From: Hyaloraphidium curvatum SAG 235-1
Taxonomy: Eukaryota; Fungi; Monoblepharomycota
Direction: 5' to 3'
DNA: 64,000 nt
NCBI GenBank assembly: GCA_025558095.1
Contig: JAIVFI010000022.1
Coordinates: forward strand, 558,001-622,000
The notes below the pieces were generated by a model. The model made no database searches. It saw only the letters and a list, made by a program, of their open reading frames with translations, and was not told the DNA's origin. This document shows positions 58,528 through 64,000 of this stretch, one piece after another (within the stretch, counting starts at the first letter, position 1; each line of letters starts with the position of its first letter). Both the position numbers and the translations under genes were made by a program.

Positions 58528-58858
58528 CCCCCACATCCCCCTCCCGCCGGCGGGAACCCCCGGAAAATCCGAACGGCCAGCGAGTTCAATACCGCGGGCA
58601 CCTCGAACGGGGATTTTTCCGGCCCTTCGACCCATCCATCCCGTGTTTCGCCTCCGGAAGAACCGGCGCCCGACCGACGGTCCCCCACATCCCCCCTCCC
58701 GCCGGCGACAGCTCCCGGAAAACCCCAACGGCCAGCGAGCCCAATGCCGTGGGCACCTCGAACGGCGATTTGTCGAGGCTTCGACCCGTCCGCCCGGTGT
58801 TTCGCCTCGAAGAGCCGGCTTCCGCCAGACGGCCCTCCCCATCCCCCCTCCCGCCGCC
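58528..58858. repeat. Tandem repeat, about 154-bp unit, about 2.2 copies, in the Crypton 3' non-coding region
   Basis: CCCCACATCCCCCTCCCGCCGGCG..AACGGCCAGCGAG..GGGCACCTCGAACGG recurs 154 bp apart; a third partial unit begins near 58835. Confidence 0.85.
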
Positions 58859-59357
58859 CTCCGGTCCCTCTGGGAGCTGGTCCAAACCGGTGCAGCAACG
58901 GTGCCCGGCCTCGGCGCGACGCACGCCGGCCGGCGGACCCGGCGGCGCCGCGGGAACACGGCACCTCCCGCGGGGGGTTCCCGCCCGCGGCCGCAATTGC
59001 GGGCTCCCCCACCGCCACGCCCGCCGCCGCGGGCCCGCACGCCGGGGCGCCGCACGGCCCGACCGGTGCCGGAGTCGCAGCGCCGCGCGGCGGCCCGGGG
59101 GGAGCGGCGGTGCGGCGCGCGGGAGCGCGGCCGGCTTCGCCCCTCCGCGGTCGGGGCCAAACACCGCCGCCGCCGCGGCCGCCGCCGACCACGGCGCCGC
59201 GCAGGCGGATCCCGCGGCCGCGCTGCAGGCCGGGCGGGCGGGGGGCGGCGGCCGTGGGGCAGCGGGGGAAAGGCGGTCCGGCTCCGGGGGAATGTTACAC
59301 GCCCTGGGTGGGTTCGAGTCTGGCGGGGCCAATTAGAGCTGACCGCGGAACTGGCCG

Positions 59358-59383
59358 GGGAATGTTATGCGCATAACATTCCC
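59358..59383. repeat. Perfect 26-bp palindrome GGGAATGTTATGCGCATAACATTCCC
   Basis: Exact self-complementarity; extra half-site GGGAATGTTA at 59288-59297. Confidence 0.95.
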
Positions 59384-59586
59384 TGCGGTCAGGGCGGCTA
59401 ACGATCGGGCGGTCAGGTCTAGTTCAATTAGGCGGCGGTCAGGGGTTTGGGGGGCTGACCACGGTGCACACACACGACTCTTCCGTTCGGAATCGGCGGC
59501 CGATTGCGTCACGTGACCGCCACATCACCCTCCTGCAAACCGTCCCCCCGGGAGAAAACCGCTCCTCCAACACCAGAAGAACATCC

Positions 59587-60261
59587 ATGTCACCACAAAT
59601 CACCACGGATTTCCCCCTCCCCCCGACCCCGCCGCGCCCTCCCTCCCCCGCGGCCCCCTCCTCGGACTCGGCCGCACCCCCGCGCCTGCGCCTCGCCCGC
59701 CTCCCCACGGTCCTCGCGACCCTCCCCTCGCCCTCCCTGATCACCCCGCCGCCGCCTTATTCGTCGTTTCCGGGCCCCGCGGAGATTTCCGCCGGCGCGG
59801 CGCGGCACGGCTTCTCCTTCGCCCCGGCTGCAAACGTGGACGCGGTGGAAGGGGGGGACCCGGGCGCGGCGGACTACAGGCGCTCCGCAATGCTCGCGAT
59901 CATGGGGATGCCGCCGCTCTCGGTGATGCTGGCGCCGGGGGAGCCGCGGTTCCGGTTCGCGGAGGAGCCGCGGCAGCAGCTTCGAAGGGACGGGGGCGGA
60001 GGGGACGGGTTCGTGAAGGGGTCGTGGAGGGACAGGCCGCTGCCGCCGGTGCCGGAGGAAGGGGCAGGGGAGAGGATGGAGTCGGGTGCGGGGGAGCCGG
60101 GCCGGACGAGCCCGCCTGTGCCTCCGCCGCGCGATCGGACGGCGGAGGTCGCCGGCGGCCACCCGGACGGGCCTGCGCCGCCGCCACAGGCGCACGTGCA
60201 GAGCCATGACCGGCACGGGGCGTCGCTGGATCCCGTCGCCGAGAACTGGCGGTTCCTCTGA
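59587..60261 (+). CDS. Proline-rich hypothetical protein
   Basis: ORF with PPPPY, RPLPPVP and PPVPPPR motifs. Confidence 0.55.
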   Translation: MSPQITTDFPLPPTPPRPPSPAAPSSDSAAPPRLRLARLPTVLATLPSPSLITPPPPYSSFPGPAEISAGAARHGFSFAPAANVDAVEGGDPGAADYRRSAMLAIMGMPPLSVMLAPGEPRFRFAEEPRQQLRRDGGGGDGFVKGSWRDRPLPPVPEEGAGERMESGAGEPGRTSPPVPPPRDRTAEVAGGHPDGPAPPPQAHVQSHDRHGASLDPVAENWRFL

Positions 60262-60346
60262 GGAACGACGGCAGCTTCTCGCTTTCCTTAGAATAGACAT
60301 CCCCGCCATCGCGTCGATTCCAAGCGCCAAACACCGGCACATCCCA

Positions 60347-60787
60347 CTACACCGGCGGCTCCTTTTGCAGCAGGTAGTACACCCACGAACAGGCCATGAC
60401 CGCGTCCCCGAGCACCTGCTTCTGCCAGTCGCCCTCGAGCGCCGGCACCTTGCTCGCGAACGCGAACCTCCACGCCGCCAGCGACCCGTGGATCGCCAGC
60501 GCGACCTTGCAAAAGTCCCTCCGGAATCCTTCGTCCTTTGCCGTGGCGGCCAGCCCCAGCAGCAGCGCGACGTCCACGAGCAGCACGCCCACGAGCGACT
60601 CGCTGGTGCGGATCGCGAGCCTGTCGTCCGGGGTCGAGCCGAGCAGCTTGGCGCCCTTTTCCTTGCCGTGTACCATGGCGGCCGCGTCGTCGAGGTTGGC
60701 GAGGATGGCGCCGCCGGTGAGGAGGTTTATGGCGGCGTGGGCGCGGCAGAGCGTGGAGAAGCGGAGGAGCGAGGGCAGCGAGGCCAT
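60347..60787 (-). CDS. Small multi-TM protein resembling a conserved uncharacterised plant family
   Basis: HG....KLLGSTPDD.L.IRTSES..G.LL and DW.KQVLGD..A.SWV motifs. Confidence 0.7.
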   Translation of the reverse strand: MASLPSLLRFSTLCRAHAAINLLTGGAILANLDDAAAMVHGKEKGAKLLGSTPDDRLAIRTSESLVGVLLVDVALLLGLAATAKDEGFRRDFCKVALAIHGSLAAWRFAFASKVPALEGDWQKQVLGDAVMACSWVYYLLQKEPPV

Positions 60788-60993
60788 ATCGTGTACGAGA
60801 GGATGCTGGAAGGCAATGTGGCGATCGGATTTCCCGCTCGCGGCCCGTGGAGATCGGGGGAGACAGACGCGTTCTTCCGCCGGGGGGGACGGCTCCGGCC
60901 GCGTCCTGATCGCTGCGTCCTGATGGCCGCATCGAACTGTTTCTCCCCCGCATGGTCTGTTTTCCTCTGGGCCCCCCTATCCCGACGTGGACC

Positions 60994-62013
60994 ATGCCCG
61001 GACCATCCAAAATCGACCATCTCATCGGACTCATCTCCGCCGTCGAGGCGCTGCCGACCGCAACGGCGCAGGTCCGCGAGCTCGTCGGCCGCGGCGAGCT
61101 GTCGGCCGACCAGGCGCGCGAGGAGGGGTACGACATCGACGGCGACGGTTCGGCGTCGGAGAGCGGCGCTTCTGCATCGGACAGTGACGACGCGGGGAGC
61201 GGGAGCGGGGACGACGGCGGGTCCGCGTCGGAGGACAAATCCGTCTCGCAGGACGAATCCGGCTCGGGCTCCGAGGACGGCGCCTCGGGCTCGGAGGAGG
61301 AGCAGCTCATCTCCCTCGCCGACGTCAAGCTCGACCGGCTACGCTGGGATCTGTGCCAGGCGCTCAACAATTCGCGACCCTGCCGGATCGTCGAGGCCGT
61401 CCCGCACGTCCGCAAGATCCTGACGCTCTGGGACCGCAACTACCCCGGCGAACTCTCGATCGCGCCGGGTTTCTACCTCGCCGTGGCGCTGAGCAAGACC
61501 CCCGGGGGCGAGGCCGAGGCCGAGCGGTGGTTCGAGAAGCTGATCAAGCACCCGCAGGTCCGCGTGCCCGGCTCCGAGTGGGCGGACCGGGAACTGTGGG
61601 GTCGGGGCCACTACTCGAGGATGCTACGGCGGCTCGGGCGGGAGGAGGAGGCGGAGAAGCAGGAAAAGTGGCTGCGGAACTGGATCGCCGGGCACCCGTT
61701 CGGCATGTCGATGGACAGGTTCAGGTGGCTCGTGCTGGATCCCGAGCACGACGGGCCGGATTACATCCTGGGCCTTAAGGACGCCAAGAAGCACGAGAAG
61801 GCGCTCGGCCGGATGGGGGTCGTCTCGACGGGGACGGCTTCCATGGTGGTCGGCCCCGCGTCGCTGGACGAGTTTTGTGCCAATTGCAGGACGGCCACGC
61901 TGACGATGCAGCGGTGCTCGCGCTGCAAGGCCGCCAGGTACTGCTCGGTCGACTGCCAGACGGAGCACTGGGCCGAGCACAAGAAGGTCTGCAAGCGGCC
62001 ACCGAAGGACTGA
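60994..62013 (+). CDS. MYND zinc-finger protein with acidic Ser-rich tract and helical region (different family)
   Basis: FCANC..CSRCKAARYCSVDCQTEHWAEHKKVC; lacks the WP..P.FG module. Confidence 0.88.
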   Translation: MPGPSKIDHLIGLISAVEALPTATAQVRELVGRGELSADQAREEGYDIDGDGSASESGASASDSDDAGSGSGDDGGSASEDKSVSQDESGSGSEDGASGSEEEQLISLADVKLDRLRWDLCQALNNSRPCRIVEAVPHVRKILTLWDRNYPGELSIAPGFYLAVALSKTPGGEAEAERWFEKLIKHPQVRVPGSEWADRELWGRGHYSRMLRRLGREEEAEKQEKWLRNWIAGHPFGMSMDRFRWLVLDPEHDGPDYILGLKDAKKHEKALGRMGVVSTGTASMVVGPASLDEFCANCRTATLTMQRCSRCKAARYCSVDCQTEHWAEHKKVCKRPPKD

Positions 62014-62064
62014 CACGACCGGGCGCCGCGCGATCCGGAAACCGAGTCGACACCGTTTTGCCAA

Positions 62065-64000
62065 CTACAGCACCGCCCCCATCAGCGCCGCCGCCTTGAG
62101 CGAATGCCTCGCCCCCAGGTCCGCCATGATCTCCTCCGACCCGCCCGGGATCGCCGTCCCCCTCACCTCCCTGTACAGCCTTTCGACGCGGCCGCCCTGC
62201 CCGCCGCGGGTGTATGCGATGCCTCCCATTACTTGGCACGCTTCGCGGGCGCAGTATTCGAAGGTGCGGGTTGCTTGGAGCTTCAGGAGCTGGAACGCGC
62301 GCCCGTAAGGACATGGATCCGGGATTGGGCAGCCGGCACGTACCGCGGTGTGCCCTCCGAGCCTCATGCCCTGAAGGTGCTCCGGCATCTTCTGGAACTG
62401 GACTGGCAACGGATCGCCGTCAGCTCCAGCACAACGGGCCGGCGATCGTTCCGCCCACGGGAGAGGAAGTTGCACCACGCGTCCGTGCTCTCGATCTGCC
62501 GCGCCATCTGCGCGAACTTGTCCCGGATCACGGGGTGCTCGATCAGCAGCTTGCCGAACGTCTTGCGGCGGTGCTGTCGCGGGAGGGTCAGAGTGGCGGA
62601 GGCGAAGGCGGGGAAGAACCGACGGCGTAGTGCAGGGCGTCGGTGTAGACGTTGCGGGCGTGACGGAGGGCGCCGTAGGCGGCGGCGAGCCGTTCGCTTT
62701 GTCGGAGGAGTGTCAGATGGCCCATCGCTGGCAAGCGACGCAAAGATCGTACTGGTTGAAGTTCTGCATGATCACCTTGAACCCCTCGTTGAGCTTGCCG
62801 ATCAGGTTGCCGACCGGAACCTTCGACAGCTGATCAGCACTCAGATCCCGCGGTCCGCAACAGATTGGAGCCACCTTGTGGTCCTCGAACATCACGTAGC
62901 TCGTCCCCGCGAGCCCGCTGGTCTGCGTGTACACGTGCCGCGTTGTCAGCCCGGGGCCGCGCTCGCAGAGGAGGATGGAGATGCCAGCGCCGCCGGGGCC
63001 GCCGGTGCGGACGGCGGTGAGGAAGTAGGTCGCGAAGCGGCCGCCTGCGGTGGCGGTTAGGCACGATCGGGGCGGCAGGTGTCGAACCGACCCGTGATCC
63101 ACTGCAGGCGACTCGAGGGTCAGAAGCCCGTCAACTCCAGGCTCGAAAACGCCCACTTTCTTCTCGCCGTTGACGATAAAGTGCTTCCCGTCCTCGCTCA
63201 GCACCGCCCGCGTCAGCAGCCCCTGCACGTCCGATCCCGCGTGCGGTTCCGTGACCGCCAGCGACATGTGCTGCTCGCCGTTGAGCACCGCCGGGATCAC
63301 CCTGCGCTGCAGCTCGGGGGAGCCGAAGGCCATCAGGGGGGCGATGCCGACGGCGGCGCCGATGGTGATGCCGGCGTTCACGCCGGGGTAGCCTGAGCGG
63401 GTGAGCTCGTCATGAACGATCTGTTCTGGAGGTGGGACGGCGCGTCAGCTGCGGCAAAGGGGTCCCGCGAGAACCACCAACCGTGAAACACGTCAAACTC
63501 CCCCTCGGGCACACCGCCGGGCAGCGCGGGAACGCCGGGGATGTCCTTGACCCTGTTGTCGTGCCCCCACGAAACGGGCCCCGGCATCGCGCGGAGGATG
63601 CCCGCCTTTCCCGCGGCGAGGTGGATCGACTCGGGCAGGTACTCCCCGCGCCGCTCGAACGCCTCCTCCCAGTTGTCCGCGTGGGGGAGGATGTTCTCGG
63701 CGACCCAGGTCCGCATGAAGGCGCGGAGGCGCCGGTGCGAGTCCTTGTAGTCTGGGAGGGAGGGCGGGGAGTCAGAGCGAAGGCCGGACGCGGTCCGGAG
63801 GGCGACCCACAGGGGCTGTAGTTGTCCTGGTACCTGAACAAGGCGATTCATGGTCAGATGTCTCCACGCCGACTGCCGGGGTGGCACCAACCAGGCGGGC
63901 TCGCAGAACGGCGCGAGGTCTCCAAAGACCTCATTGTCTCCCGTCAACCACTGGTTCTTGGGCGCCACCGCCGCCGACGACGCCTTCTGGACCTCCGACA
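62065..64000 (-). CDS. Acyl-CoA dehydrogenase, multi-exon, 5' end outside window
   Basis: SLAVTEPHAGSDV, IVNGEKK, VPVGNLIGKLNEGFKVIM, ACQVMGGIAY, ERLYREVR..AIPGGSEEIM. Confidence 0.93.

Larger units (their letters stand above)
54058..59464 (+). mobile_element. Crypton (CryptonF-like) tyrosine-recombinase DNA transposon, putative full length about 5.4 kb
   Basis: Single recombinase-GCR1_C gene; CACGG at 54058-54062 and 59460-59464 bracket CGGYCAG clusters present at both ends; boundaries inferred. Confidence 0.75.

Noticed and set aside
59305-59330. tRNA or SINE suggested by B-box-like GGTTCGAGTC
   Set aside because: No A-box or cloverleaf could be built around it
58088-59401. Long overlapping ORFs in several frames after the recombinase
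   Set aside because: Low-complexity Arg/Pro/Gly translations typical of very GC-rich non-coding or repeat DNA
1-64000. Prokaryotic origin or operon structure
   Set aside because: Many frame-restoring GT..AG introns and eukaryotic domains (MYND, BTB, F-box, GATA)

Overview
GC-rich eukaryotic DNA with dense genes and many short (about 50-105 bp) GT..AG introns, so most ORF-track entries are exon fragments or shadow ORFs. Gene content (Ecl1-type protein, SUR7/PalI-like protein, expanded MYND-finger family, CryptonF-type element) suggests a fungus, by inference an early-diverging high-GC lineage such as Monoblepharidomycetes; the organism cannot be confirmed from sequence alone. Main points: (1) an apparently intact Crypton tyrosine-recombinase DNA transposon at about 54058-59464, with a 4-intron, 1187-aa recombinase/GCR1_C gene, candidate CACGG terminal direct repeats, CGGYCAG motif clusters at both ends and a perfect 26-bp palindrome; (2) seven copies of a MYND-finger family with an uncharacterised Cys-based module, four disrupted, one by a ~175-bp micro-inversion of its start and upstream region that restores the frame exactly when flipped back; (3) a head-to-head pair encoding an atypical homeodomain-like protein and a GATA-like finger; (4) two paralogous membrane proteins with a gustatory-receptor-like C-terminus; (5) many genes with bacterial or plant-like signatures; (6) several local duplications. 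All family calls are from motif recognition, not database searches.
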